From Catajapyx aquilonaris (taxonomy: Eukaryota), in NCBI GenBank assembly GCA_000934665.2, contig KZ538398.1, forward strand, positions 1 through 64,000: a DNA stretch of 64,000 nucleotides, read 5' to 3'. Position 1 is the stretch's first letter; each line of letters starts with the position of its first letter. Shown in pieces: positions 1 to 12,950 of the stretch. Made by a program: the position numbers and the translations under genes. The notes below the pieces were generated by a model, which searched no databases, was not told the origin of the DNA, and was given only the letters and a program-made list of their open reading frames with translations.

Positions 1-248
1 GTCACCTCACTAGAACGCAAAATCAATGACAACCCTGAGCTTGTTTCTTTGCAACGAGACGGTTCCATCTAGGGGTATAGCGTTGGAAATACCCTGCCAG
101 GCCAGAAATACCGTACCACGGCCCCAGATCAGATGATATATCGATAAAATAATGTAAGAAAAAAATGAAATGGAAATAATTGGGCGGCCCGGTACCATTT
201 GATCCACGGACCGGTACCGGTCCGCGGCCCGGGGGTTGGGGACCACTG
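1..248 (-). mobile_element. hAT-Charlie (MER1-like) non-autonomous DNA transposon, truncated by window start
   Basis: The minus strand begins CAGTGGTCCCCAACCCCCGGGCCGCGGACCGGTACCGGTCCGTGG at 248, like the MER1/Charlie terminus. Positions 76..23 translate TPRWNRLVAKKQAQGCH*, matching the C-terminal tail of Charlie/Buster-type transposases. The flank cactagag (249-256) fits the Charlie target preference. Confidence 0.75.
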
Positions 249-453
249 CACTAGAGGACCAGTCATGCTTGAGACATGGTTTCCTTTTGTGGAAATGCTG
301 CAGAAATAGCAGCAGTCCATAAGCAATCCAGTAGAATATCTATTAACAAGGCCATGGACATGATCATCACTGCACGAGACCTTTCCTAGCAGTGCAGCGT
401 AGCAGTATGAGATCTACTTCTGTGGCATTTTTCTCCACTTATGTGACACAATA

Positions 454-787
454 ATAATAAATAAACAATAAAATAAATCCGGGTAGTGCTTGGTCTCCTC
501 TTGGGGTATTGCACGGACCTTTATTTACTAACTTGTACAATGTACACGATTGGAACCTTTGACGAAGCGCCTGGGCCCACGGGCAGGATGACAGGAGGGG
601 ATGTGCAAGGTGCGGCAATGTCTTAAATATGGCCATTTTGAGTGAACTCCCCGGGTGGTTTAGTCTGTTGGAAATACCACCCGAGAAGAAGCCAGAGGTG
701 ACCCTGAACTCTGCACGAGATGAAGGGGGTGTCCCCGGGCTTGGATCGAACCCGGGACCTTAACATCCGTGGGCGCATACGTTACCG
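454..787 (-). mobile_element. tRNA-derived SINE
   Basis: Head GGGGAGGCGGACTGGTGCTACGG...GGTTCGATCC (A/B boxes), TTA/TTTA-rich tail, and a 14-bp TSD tatgtgacacaata at 440-453 and 788-801. Confidence 0.85.
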
Positions 788-1510
788 TAGCACCAGTCCG
801 CCTCCCCTATGTGACACAATAGGTAACTTGTCTATTACCGAATCTACGCATGTTATTTTTTTAAATGCATACTGCAGTTCAAGCTCAGTATACCTGAATT
901 GTCCTAGGATTACATATTTTCATATTCACATGCCCAAAGTTGGAATGGACTGATACATGCCATTAAAAATTCCATTAAATGTGGTTTCCAATATTGTGGT
1001 AGGCAGGAAATGAGCTGTGGGTGGTGTTAAAATCACAAAAATGCCATCATAGAAACAAATGGGTGGTTATCTAAAAGTCATAGACTGGCAACCTTGACAT
1101 ACATATATCAGTGCCACTAAATACACACTGCTTATTGAATGTAGAAAAATTAGCCAACAGACTACCAAGACCAATGCATTTAGGAGGTCTCAGAATTGGT
1201 GCTGGGTACCATACCTAACGAAGGTCTTCTGTGACTTTCCTGGTTAATTTTCAAATGAATTCTGGCATAATTTCCAAAAATATGCTACAGCTAATTCCTC
1301 CCCCCTCCCTCCACCCTGAAATGCCCCCTCCATGTGTCAAACATGCAAGGACACCATATGGGAGAGTATAATTATGTCCTCTAAAATCAGCAGGTGATAA
1401 GAGCTGACAAAACCACATGGGAATACCAATCACTGGTTGACAGGCTCTCCCACCCATTACTACAACATTATGAAAATGGCAGCCAAACTCTGCTATCCTA
1501 TTCCATTACA

Positions 1511-1649
1511 GGGCATAGTGGCTATGCCACTGGCCAGCCAAGCGGAAGGTCCAGGGTTCAAATCCCATACCAACCACCTTCGCTTGGCTGCTTGTCCAGC
1601 TTTCACCGTCCATGTCCAGGCAAGATTGCACTCCCTTCTATGCCCAGGA
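1511..1649 (+). mobile_element. Degraded tRNA-derived SINE, same family as 53288-53530
   Basis: Aligns by eye with the 53.3 kb copy (ccactggccagccaagcgg...ggttcaaatcccat...attgcactc...tgcccagg). Confidence 0.75.
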
Positions 1650-3531
1650 TAGCATAGATCGACATGGTGTTTTTTGGGGGGTAGCTAAAGATCTGTGCCA
1701 TCAGGTGGCTATGTTAATTTTGGAGAAAGATTCTTTAAACATTTTCTTAATGACCAAACGGTAAACATTTGTCTGAGCAAATCCAATGCTGGGGACTATT
1801 TTGGTCATGTTCTAAATATTTACTTTCTCAAAAATTAAACAGGATATTTGAAAACTGGTTTCCTTATTTTTTAATCAGCTGGTTCGAGTCACGATAATAA
1901 AATATAGACTACATGTTTGACTATTATTTTGATCACTACCTTGCACATCTGTCACACCAGTATATATGAAATTGGCACAAACCTGGTCTTATGGACCTAA
2001 AAAATTCCCTAAGTATGCAGTAAGGGTAGAAGTCAAACGTGTGTGGATTACTGATGACAAGGCTGGGCATGACTGTATTGATCCAATATGGCCTACTTCT
2101 GCTATGCTCTACACACATTTCTCCACTTGGCACATTAGCAAAATCCTGGCAAGGAGCAAAATTATTTCCAGGGGTTGAAGCAATTGAATTCCTGATGTAC
2201 CATTTTCATGCTACATAGTAAAAATTAATAACTGTTTCATGTGGTAGAAGTGACCTGGTATGGCAGTAATGTTCATCCCACAAATAGACAGGACCCAGTT
2301 TTCGTCCCAAGTCCAAACTTTCCCAACCCATTTGTGCAAAAATTGACATGCTATGTCTCAAGCGTATGTCTGATGGGGAGGCCAACACTGAACCTCTGCC
2401 TACACAGGCTCAAGATATATAAAATTACCAAAAACTTCAGGGGGTTGTCATGGCTGTCAAAATAGACTGTGAAATTCAATTTGTGAGTGAGGATAAAAAA
2501 TATTGTTTATGGCCACAATTTGATTAGGTCACATGTGAGTGACACTAAATAGGAAACTGAATTACAGAATACTTCAACTAAGCCACAAATTTAATGATAT
2601 TGAATAATAAATTGCTAAAAATGGAATCCATGCTCAGCTTGTCAAGAGTAGTTGGACTTTCAACTGGACATAAAGATCTCAATATGATTGCTAAGCTATT
2701 TCAATTCCCACATCACAGTCCATACCTACATTTACATTTCTATCTAAAGTCATCAGTATTGTTCCATAGCTACATGGATGGCACTATTTGCAATTTTGCA
2801 GCAATATGCTTACTAAGTAACGTCCCGGTTTTCTTCACTCAGATCGTGGATGTGGCATACTACTCACACAGGAATAATACACATGCTCCTATTAAGCTAA
2901 TGAACCATCAACTCTATCACTATTACCATAATGAGTATACTCTGACAAACAACATCAAATTACAGCAATAATAATCCTTCCACAGTCTGCTCACTTCCCT
3001 GTTTCCCTCATATGTGTGAGCAAATGCATGATGTGCACTACTTTCCACTGTAGGCTTGAAAAGTAAAAATTGTAAAAAAGCTGATAATGCCAATACAAAA
3101 AAACTTGACCCCATTCAGTATTTGAAGCAGTATTTTTCCAAGTGACCCACATTATAAGAATTAAAATTAGCATTGCATTTTATAAAATTGAAATAAAAAT
3201 TACACTATGTAACACAGGAACCCTCCCTACAATTGATATTTCTCTGTGCCTCGATAATTTTCTATGGAGTTTGTTCCTAATAATATTAGATGAAAAATTG
3301 AAAATCAGTTCCCAATATCTTTGAGTTGCGAAAATGTGACCTCGGAATTCAAGAATATGTATTTTTTTCATACATGAAATGGTCACAAAGTACTAGGAGC
3401 CTTCCAGTATTTTACGGAAATGGCAGATTATGCCAATTTTTTAAAGTCTCATAAGGTTCACGGAAATGTCTGGTGATTGCACAATGTGCCCACACTTCAA
3501 CCGGGGTATTACAATAGGGAAAAATGAATGC

Positions 3532-4171
3532 AAAGGAGGAGGCACAAAATATATGGGCGAGTGGCCTTCCGTTCGATTTGCCTGAAAATTGGATATGTTG
3601 TGGCCCAGACCATCCTGATCAATGTTGGATAGGGACATTTCGAGGTAGGACCTACAGGGAGCATGCTAATTGCTATTCATCGAAGAGGCTAGAAGACTAG
3701 TGTGAGAGAAACCTCGCTTCCTTACATTGGCCCAATGAATGTTGAAGTGCAGCTGGAGGAAACTCCAGATGACAACCTTCAAGGAGTAGAATGTGAACCA
3801 GATGAATAGGTAATAAATTCATAGATAATTTAATGCAATAACCTTGAGTTCCTGAGACTTATTGTAGTCTATACTCCCCATTACCTGCGGAGGTCATTAG
3901 CATGCTCCCTGTAGGTCCTACCTCAAAATGTCCCTATCCAACATTGATCAGGATGGTCTGGGCTGCAACATATCCAATTTTCAGCCAAATCGAACGGAAA
4001 ACCAGAGCATATCCCATATGACCTTCGGAGGTCAATAGCATGCTCCCTGTAGGTCCTACCTCGAAATGTCCCATCTAACATTGATCAGGATGGTCTGGGC
4101 CACAACATATCCAATTTTCCGGCAAATCGAACAGAAGGCCACTCGCCCATATATTTTGTGCCTCCTCCTTT
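3532..4171. mobile_element. Foldback/MITE with ~140-bp terminal inverted repeats and an internally duplicated arm
   Basis: 3532-3672 is the reverse complement of ~4033-4171, and ~3888-4000 is a direct copy of ~4026-4140. Superfamily not assigned. Confidence 0.8.
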
Positions 4172-4723
4172 CATTAAAGTTCAGGTTTAGTGAACAATAA
4201 TATGCTCATTTGAAATCATTGATCATTTCCATAAATTTTTGGTACTAAGATTCTTATTTTAAGTTACTTTTAAAAGCTATTGAAGATATTACTGATTATA
4301 TTTGGTTGAATGGAAAGCATATCTCAAGTCCAGTTTCAAGGTCTCAGGGAGAGTTTTCCGGCCCAGAGAGACAAAATGACCAAAAAATGTATTTCATATT
4401 TGCATGTCCCTCTGATTTTTGTTTTATCCTCACACAAAGGGAGTTTCCTCTCAAAATGCGTACAAGCACAAGATATAGTATATTAGTCTGTCGGTTACCT
4501 GGCAAAGCTACCTAAAAGGCAATATCCATTCTTGGCCCATTCTCCTCTAACTGGCTTCATAGTTTGCAATTTTAAGACTGCAGAACCACATATGCTCTTC
4601 CCCTGTGCTCTAACCATGGGAGTGATGACATCCAGTGCCCAAAATTTGGCTTTTGAAACCTATTTAGCCTCCCCCCTCTATCAATGGTCACAACATGCCT
4701 TCCTGTGAATGTGCCAATCTGAA

Positions 4724-4888
4724 GGGGCTGCAACCTGAAATACACGGAGAGAATAGGAACCTGGTTGCAGCCCCCGGTTGCAGAAAAGTTGCAGCATTTT
4801 TTGGGTTGCTGCAACTTCCTATTCTCTCCGTGTATGTCAGGTTGCATGCAACCAGGTTGCAGCCAAGTTGCCTCGTCTGAACGCCCCT
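4724..4888. mobile_element. Palindromic MITE fragment, PIF/Harbinger-like
   Basis: Inverted pair tgcaacctga..tacacggagagaataggaa / ttcctattctctccgtgta..tcaggttgca, reiterated TGCAAC/GTTGCA, and right end ctgaacgcccc. Confidence 0.5.
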
Positions 4889-5248
4889 TTACTTGAGTGG
4901 TTGGGCACTAGTGCCGGAAATACAACACATGGGGCAATTCAAAGTTAATCACGTTTTGCATTTTGATGGCGCCGTATGCATTAACTACGCACCGGAGCCC
5001 AAGACGAATTGCACATCCCTATATTAGTTTTGCAAGTACTATCACAGTCTACCGGCGATTGTCCGCAAGTTTCCCTTCACCCTGCATAGTGAACGGTGAC
5101 TCAGACATTGACTAGGAAGGACCAGAGGTATGCATAAACAATTACAGAGTACACTAAATGAAATTTATCCTAATTAAACCAGCATTTTTTGAGCATGAAC
5201 AAGGAATATTCATTTATTTTCACTATATACCATAGTAAAGACTTTATA

Positions 5249-5829
5249 CAGGGTGGTCGGTAAATGGCGCACAAGCTTCAGGTAGCGAGATTCGTTGTGA
5301 AAAACCAGTATATGGAAGTGAAGGTCATATTGCTCTACGAGGCCTGGTTATGGCTCACGAGGCCTCCAAAGTTTGGGCCAAATCATGACGTCACATCCGC
5401 CCGCGAAATTCAAACACTACCGTATCGCTACTGTCTGTGATTTCGTTGCCAGGGATTGCCATATTGACATCCCCACATTTCCACCCTACAATGGAACCGT
5501 ATAAACTCGCCGGGACGTTGCCAGGCATTGCCATACCTTCGTCGCCGCGTGCCTGGCAACGTCCATATGAGTTTATACGGTTCCATTGTAGGATGGAAAT
5601 GTGGGGGATGTCAACATGGCAATCCCTGGCAACGAAATCACAGACAGTAGCGATACGGTAGTGTTTGAATTTCGCGGGCGGATGTGACGTCATGATTTGG
5701 CTCAAACTTTGGAGGCCTCGTGAGCCATAACCAGGCCTCGTAGAGCAATATGACCTTCACTTCCATATACTGGTTTTTCACAACGAATCTCTCTACCTGA
5801 AGCTTGTGCGCCATTTACCGACCACCCTG
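5249..5829. mobile_element. Tc1/mariner-type MITE forming a 581-bp near-perfect palindrome
   Basis: TA|CAGGGTGGTC...GACCACCCTG|TA. Arms 5249-5508 and 5569-5829 differ at about five positions, and the spacer holds a further 15-bp inverted repeat. Confidence 0.9.
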
Positions 5830-6123
5830 TATAGATTGTTAAAGTGGAAAAAAAATTTAAACTTAATATGCTTTATTGCTAAGTTCCTTCTTCTTATACC
5901 TTGGAATAAAACAGTGGCATTGAAATGCTCCAGGGATTGTCCGCACCAGAGCAAATATTAATTTTTTCATACAAACGCTGATTAACTTTACATGGAATTG
6001 CCCACAGGTCTTTCCATCTCCCTTGAAACTGGTGGATAATGCTCCTGACAAAGCTTGTTTCAATCATTATACTCACTACTGCACAAATGTATCGTCCATT
6101 TAAAACTAGAAGTTAGCAATGTA

Positions 6124-6201
6124 CAGTCGGCACGGAAAAGGTAAGGACACATTGACGGTTCCAGAATCCTCAATGTGTCCTTACCTTTTCCGTGCCGACT
6201 G
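6124..6201. mobile_element. 78-bp Tc1/mariner-type mini-MITE
   Basis: TA|CAGTCGGCACGGAAAAGGTAAGGACACATTGA...TCAATGTGTCCTTACCTTTTCCGTGCCGACTG|TA, with ~30-bp perfect TIRs. Confidence 0.85.
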
Positions 6202-7841
6202 TACCTGTAAATCCACAAAGATTTACAATTTTCTTATAATGTCCTAAACTGCCTTGGAAATATTGGGAGCTCAGAAGGTGGCGACATGCATGTACCCAAC
6301 AGCTACGTTATTTCCCTGATCAATAATTTAGGAACTAGGTCACATTAGACCTGGTCTTGTAAGAGGCAGCTATTTCTAGAAAGGGGCATAAAATCTCTCT
6401 GTGTCATGACTCATAACAGCATCACAATGCACCAACTTTACAAAAATGTATCCTGTCATGAATGATATTGGTTCAACAACTTATTTAAATGCGAAAAATT
6501 AACCCTGCTAGTCCCCATCAGTGTTGGTCCAGCTCTAGCTAAAGATGTATGGGAGAGCGTGAAATGGACACAGTATCAAAATGAGATGCTATTTATTTAT
6601 GAACTCCTTTTGATTTCAATAACAATTTCAAGTAATTAAATTGAAAAAGTGAAATCACTTCACACACAATGGAAGGCCTTTGCACAAGAGATAGCCTATA
6701 ATATTGGTACCTGTAATGATTATGTTAGCCATATCAGACAATACTTGAAATTCTGCTCTTCATTGGGTGATATACCATATGTGTTTCATAATTGACCTCA
6801 CATCCATATCAACAAAAGGGTTGCGTATATGCCCCAATGTCCTGTTGGGCTCCTGAGAGGGGGGAAGCAACACGGGGTGAGGCCGAGTTGTGCAAGTGAA
6901 TGCACCTTTGCTTCTTGTCACAGGCTCATATTTCCCTTGGGTGCACTTGGGATCAGGAGTACAAACTTAAAACAGGAACTTCCACAACATCTCAATCGAT
7001 ACCGATGCAAGCTAAATTATGACACATGTGGCATCAAGAGTTATATCATGTGACCAGCAGGGGTGTCAATATCACTTCCCAAGAGAAAAGGCTTTCAACT
7101 GTACAACGGCTGATTTATACCAGCCATTCTCTATCGGACATGACAGATTTCTGCCATCCCAAGGAATAAAGCCCTATCTTCAAAACATATTAGGACCAGG
7201 GAGGATGGGTGCAGGGCCTGACTTTCATCCTTCCTAGTTTTGCGGATAGGACTTTTTTCCCTTGGGACAGCAGATTTGTTTAAAACTCAAGTAGGAGCAC
7301 AGACACAAGCTGTTTCATTTTGCATTTGCTACTTGACATATCACAGACCTAACCTTGCTTTTCATTATTTGAAGCCATGTTGTTGTGACCATATTTTTCG
7401 TCAATTATTCAAAATGTGATGGTTATCATGTGCGTCCCCATGTATTCCCCCAATAGAGGTCAAGTGCATGGCCTTGACTTATCACCAGAAAGGTAGAAAT
7501 TTCTTTGGCCCTATTGAGAGACTGACTCCAAACTACTATCCCCAAGTTCATCCTTTCCTTGGTAACTCTGCAGATGCCTATTTTCATTGATTAGTGAATA
7601 CCTACATAATTTCCAATAAATATCACACAACTGCTACCCTACTCAATCCCCCCACAATTGTCATAATAAGCACAACAAAAAGGGAAAGGTGGTGGATGCA
7701 AGAAGATGCAGGCAGAAATATCTGCAAGCATGACTGGAAAGTTTCCAAGTTCATTCCAAATTTTTCTATTTTGTGGTGAGTGTTAGAACTTCAAGGGCCT
7801 CTTCTCGGAGCAAAGCTCCTCTAGACTCCCATACAGATATA

Positions 7842-8441
7842 CAGTAAAATCTCGTTTTAGCGAATACCAATACAACAAAATTTCAATAGAACAAAATAAA
7901 AATAACATTTTGGTTGGCCAGCCGTACGAGCAATGTATTTGTAATCCCGTTATTACGAAATGCGTTACTACGAAATTTTCAGTACACGAATACGAAAGGT
8001 GGTTCCCCAGCTAGTATTGACCCCAATATAACAAAATATGCACTAGTGCAATGCTCCGCCACATGTGCTCCAGCACTGTCTAGCGATAAGCGTGTGTGTG
8101 GTCGTGCGTAACACCGTCTACAATCGTGAAATGTTGGGGTAGAAGATGCATTAAGGGGTCGGCAGTGTCTGTTTTGGGGAGTGACCAGGACGGTGAAGAC
8201 TCAGATGACCCTGACGACCTGTCTGTATGGAGGTCCGACGCTGAAAACACCAGTGCGCCAGAAGAAGTTACCGTTCACGATTTTGTAGCCGCAGATGACG
8301 ACGTACAGGTGTGCCAGGAGTTGACAGATTCGGTCATACTTGCGGGGGAAATAAAAATAACCAATCTCAATTTAACGAAATTCCGTTATTACGAAAAGAT
8401 TTGCCCGGTCCCGCGGGCTTCGTTGTAACGAGATTTTACTG
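7842..8441 (+). mobile_element. pogo/Tigger-type deletion derivative with transposase C-terminal remnant
   Basis: TA|CAGTAAAATCTCGTT...AACGAGATTTTACTG|TA. ORF 8096-8428 has VTPSTIVKCW and DFVAADDDVQVCQELTD, typical of the end of the Tigger DDE region and acidic tail. Confidence 0.8.
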
Positions 8442-8923
8442 TAATACAATTAGCATCAGGACACTGAACTTGCATTCAAAATCCTAGTTAATTATTAATA
8501 CCCCACCTCAAAGTACAAAGTAATCAGTACATTGGGTTCTCTAATGCCAAGTCATGAGTAGGTTTAATATGATCATTACAAAATAATAACGGTTAGATAA
8601 TAAAAAGTTGTGACTGTGTGTCTCCATAAGTGTCATTCAGGCAAGTGTTTGTATAAACTTTCAAGGAAGTGTGCCTGGTGGTCAGTCTATCCAGGACAGC
8701 TCATGTTCAGTTGGTAAGTGTACAAGTGTCTCGAAGTGAGGGAGTCATTACCTAGCAGTCTAAGGAATGTTAACCAAGTTAGAGCAGTACTCATGGGTAA
8801 TAATAATTTTTTTAAACATACGGGCAGAGGGCCTACAAATGTCAGTGAGGAATGCAAGTAACAGTGAGCAGACCAGCAGCCAAGATATTACTCTTGTAAT
8901 AATAATATGAAATCACTGAAATA

Positions 8924-9911
8924 CAAAGGTGGGCATCAGTGCTGCTAATCCGCTAACCGCTCATTTTCATTAGCTGTATTCACTAACTTTTCAGGTTGCT
9001 AGCGGATCAATTAGCTTCCGCTAAGTTCAGAGCCGCTAAATTTAAGTGCGCTAACAATGTAACAAAATGCATTCGTGTTCCTGTCTCGCTGTCTATTATT
9101 TTTTGAGTTGCATTGCTTGGCCCACTTCCAACTTTTCACTACAGTCAGGGACAAAATTAGACCATGATCTATTACATTAAAAATTTTAAAAGTATTTAAA
9201 AGTATCGCTGTCTATTCCCACCAGAAAGCGGGCTGGGTACTTGTCTATAAAACGTACTAAAACAATACTTTTAAAAGTTTTAGTGTAATAGTGGACGGTG
9301 TAATTTTATCACGCACATTTCTGGCTTGCCGTCGATACATTCGCGAAGTAATTCGGATGAGAAACTGTCGAGATAACTGAGGTGCGCAATTAACTTAATT
9401 ATGATTACACAAATGGCGATTTCTAAGTTTCAAATAGATCATTAGGTAGACAAAGATTTGCATTATCCAGGGTTCACAGGAGGAATTTTTTAGCCTCCAA
9501 GAAGTGTCATAAAAAATTCAGTTTGCGGAGTTACGTTGGCAACTAGTCAAAAAATGACGCCTTTCCGTGTTCTTCTTGCGATAAGAAATTACACAATGAA
9601 GATAGGTAAACTATTCGCATATATGCTACATAGATTTAAACAAGCTTTCTAACGATGTATAACGTTATTTTTTGGACAATTTCCTGGGAGTTATTTTGAG
9701 TCAAACACAGGGGCCAATATATATTTTAAAAATGGATAGTAGGTCTGTTTTTATTTCTTAACGGGTCCTAGAGTAAAAAAAGGTTAAATTGACAAAATAA
9801 AGGTGAGCTTTAGCAGTTAGCCTTAGCTTCCACTAATTTTCTACCCATTTAGCATTTGCGATGTCCACTTTCTAGAGTTAGCTGATTAGTGGTTAGCTGT
9901 GCCCAACACTG
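8924..9911. mobile_element. Probable degraded hAT-like composite element
   Basis: Ends caaaggtgggca / tgcccaacactg, with reiterated subterminal GCTAA (left) and TTAGC (right) motifs and an internal inverted repeat at ~9170-9290. Confidence 0.45.
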
Positions 9912-10663
9912 CTTAAATATCTCCTGTGCTCCTTAGAGATGACAATTGAAAATTCATTGAGGCAGAGATATTACTCTGCTACAAGCCCTGTTTTGCACAA
10001 TTAAGACACACCTGTCCATCTCACGCATCAAAAAGAAAGGTTCTACCATGATATGTTTATGTTCAAAAGTGTGGGAATGTGCATAACACCTCGCTGAGGA
10101 CTATATGAAAATTTAATGCATTCTGATTTGTTAATTGTGAGTAATTTTCTGCAAGTTTGCTATTATTTTTTAAGACTCCTATTTCTCCAACATGTGAACA
10201 ATAAACTGAGCTCTAAAATGCTTCTTTTTCTGTCGTGCTCATGGGAGTGATGGCACTGAACATGTTCCAAATGAGAAAGACATCTAGACATCCCAAGTTA
10301 AAACCATGTAAGGGCAATAAGAATATAAAAGTACAAACAGAGTGACAGGGTTTTGGCTTGGGACATCAGATCTTGTGGGGCTTTAATACTCTTGTGGTGG
10401 CCAAAATTTCATGAAAATTCCAGCCACAGTAACTCAACATGTACCAGTAGTCATTGGATATGAACTAAGGTCTTTGTTTTGCCATTTTCTAAACAAGGTG
10501 CCTCTCAGCAAACAAAACTTCTACATGATGCAATGCTGCCGTGCCATAAATGAACAGAAACCAATAAACAGCTCATGCTGTCTTGTATTCATAATAACTT
10601 CCTTGTCCTGACCTTGTGCTTTTCATGTCTCACACATATGACCATATATGAAAACCCCTAACC

Positions 10664-10980
10664 GGAGGTGTAGATGGCAGAGATGGTAACATCTCGGCTT
10701 GCGGAGTGAAAGGCCCCAGGTTCGATCCCCGCCTGCGTCCTCTGACCTGCACCTTGGAGGTGTCTGGCAACCTAACCTTCTGGGGAACAGCACATGACCC
10801 CTTTACAGACCTTGCACTTGCACCCCATGTTCCCTCCTCAAAAAATCCCTATCCTTACCCATGTCCCTGTCTCCTTGCACTGGTGAGCAAAGAAAAAATA
10901 GTACACAGTTACTAGAAAACTGATAGTGGTGTGCCACTCCCGTAAAAAGGCTCCGCCTTATCACGGGGTAACTTAAATAA
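10664..10980 (+). mobile_element. tRNA-derived SINE, same family as 22470-22847
   Basis: A box tggcagagatgg, B box ggttcgatcc, and a 16-bp TSD atgaaa(a/g)cccctaacc at 10648-10663 and 10981-10996. Confidence 0.85.
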
Positions 10981-11045
10981 ATGAAAGCCCCTAACCATCA
11001 GCCCTAATACATTTGGCGAATATAGGCAACTGAGAAATGCAATTA

Positions 11046-11548
11046 CAGTAGAACCCCGATTATCCGTCACCAACGGGACTGGGGCATGGTCGGATAACCA
11101 AAAGTGTCAGAGAATCCAAGGCGCAAAAAAAGCTTGAATGAAACACAACAAACACATATAAAAACATGATATCATGTACAGTACTGGCCAATAATCGAGG
11201 CAACGACTAGCGACATTTTCCCGAAGCGGCAGAAGATGGAATCTTGCTCGCCCGGCTTCCAGCATGCTTATCTTCAATTCCTTCTTCTGCCGCTTCGGGA
11301 AAATGTCGCTAGTCGTTGCCTCGATTATTGGCCAGTACTGTACAATATTATGGTTTTCTAAGAAATTGTATAGCATTTGTCTTTTACACACTCTGCTGTA
11401 TAGTATCTACAATAAATTTAACTAAGGCAATACAAAACTAATGTTCAGTAGGCCTGCATTGCAGTACTTCATGAGAAAGCATAGATTTATTGCTGGAGCG
11501 GGACGGTCAGATAAACCAAGGAGTCGGATAATTATAGGGGTTCTACTG
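11046..11548. mobile_element. pogo/Tigger-type MITE hosting a nested MITE
   Basis: TA|CAGTAGAACCCCGATTATCCG...CGGATAATTATAGGGGTTCTACTG|TA. Confidence 0.8.
11179..11340. mobile_element. Tc1/mariner-type hairpin MITE nested in 11046-11548
   Basis: TA|CAGTACTGGCCAATAATCGAGGC...GCCTCGATTATTGGCCAGTACTG|TA, with ~60-bp near-perfect arms. Confidence 0.85.
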
Positions 11549-11681
11549 TATGTAGTTCTCCAAAGAAATGACTTAAATGGTGACCTTCTCCATAGATCCC
11601 AGGCATGCATCCTGTGCAAAATAAAAGCTGATTTGGAAACCTTCTAAGTCACCTTGTTTATGGTAAAGGGATATCTTTAGA

Positions 11682-12267
11682 CAGCCCCCTGTCACTTCTC
11701 CCCTAACTGTATGGATACGGTAGTTTAATTCCTGTGTGTCCACCAGCCCGTATTTTGGGTCTGGTGGCGCTACAGCGTTCGCTATACCGCCATCTTTTCA
11801 AGGTGCACTCAAGTGGTAAGTCTGCGGAAGCAAAGAAAGATCGAGCCCCGCGGCCAGCCCCCTGTGTCTTCCAGCCTAGCCCTGTGTTGACAGTCGTTTA
11901 ATATAAAAGTCTCCGCCATGCGGGGAATGTGGGGCTGGGGCGCCCCTGCAGGAATCTACTGGGGGGTCGGTTTGGGTTGGCTGCCTTCAGAACCAACCCA
12001 AATCGTCCTTTCCTCCGAGGGCGTTTGCAGACTGAGATTCGGGTGGCCGGCAGTGGTAGATGCCTGTGGGGAGGGTGCCATCGCCAAATTCCAGGTCTGG
12101 CGGAGACATTTATATTACACTACCATATCGTACGAGTGACAGGGGGCAGCCTGCGGCAGACTCACCCGCTACCTACGACCCGAGTTGCACCTTGATCAAG
12201 ATGGCGGCTTAGCAAACGATGGGACACAGAAATTACACTGCCATATTAGAGAAGTGTCAGGGGGCTG
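11682..12267. mobile_element. GC-rich TIR element, hAT-like by TSD length
   Basis: 19-bp TIRs cagccccctgtcacttctc / gagaagtgtcagggggctg (1 mismatch). The 8-bp flanks tctttaga / gctttaga match at 7/8, and there is subterminal inverted similarity (ccgccatctt / aagatggcgg). Confidence 0.65.
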
Positions 12268-12950
12268 GCTTTAGACAATGATCAACAATAGGAGGGTTAG
12301 CAGAGTACATGTCACAAAGATTCACTGGTAAAAACAACCTACTTTCTAAAGCCAATATGCTACAGATCCTATCCATACCAAACAATATCCCACTATCTCT
12401 TAAGTTCTTACAAACACAATCAATTAACAACAGGTTTCATGGAACAAATTAAGCATGTTTAGAGGACCACTTGCTAGTAGTTCACGTGATCAAAGCTGAG
12501 AGAAGTGGAGTAGCAATAACATTCACGTGTGTGCCCACCGAGAGAAATGCCCTCTGCTTTATGACAGGCTTGGGCTTTCATGTCTCATTCATGTAGAGTT
12601 AGGTACTTAAACCTGACTGTAAGTAAATCCGACCAGCAATGCGATTCATAATTCCATTAAGCTATTCCAGCTCGGTATCAGTCCTATTTTGGTATACGCC
12701 TGCACTGCTGTATGAATCACGACACTTTCAATACTAGATTACTCTCGCAAAATAAAAATGTCACCTTTACCCGTCAAATGACGAACAGTTGTAATACACT
12801 AACCACACTGCCTTCACTTCAGGTATTAGCCATTTAGATGCTTCTGGTATGTTCGATGCTTACAATTTCCGTACACCTCAAACTCCGGGCGTCCTCATAA
12901 GCATTACCTGTTCACATACAGAAGCCTATTCGACCTTCAAATTTCCTTAC

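Noticed and set aside
720..790. Functional tRNA genes at SINE heads (also 10664, 22780, 53290)
   Set aside because: A/B boxes are present, but there is no complete cloverleaf, and they continue into SINE bodies with tails and TSDs.
3532..4171. CRISPR-like repeat array
   Set aside because: Three ~110-140 bp units, one inverted, with no short repeat/unique spacer periodicity, no cas genes and a eukaryotic context.
5391..5705. ORFs on both strands in the palindrome
   Set aside because: By-products of the inverted repeat, with no transposase motifs.
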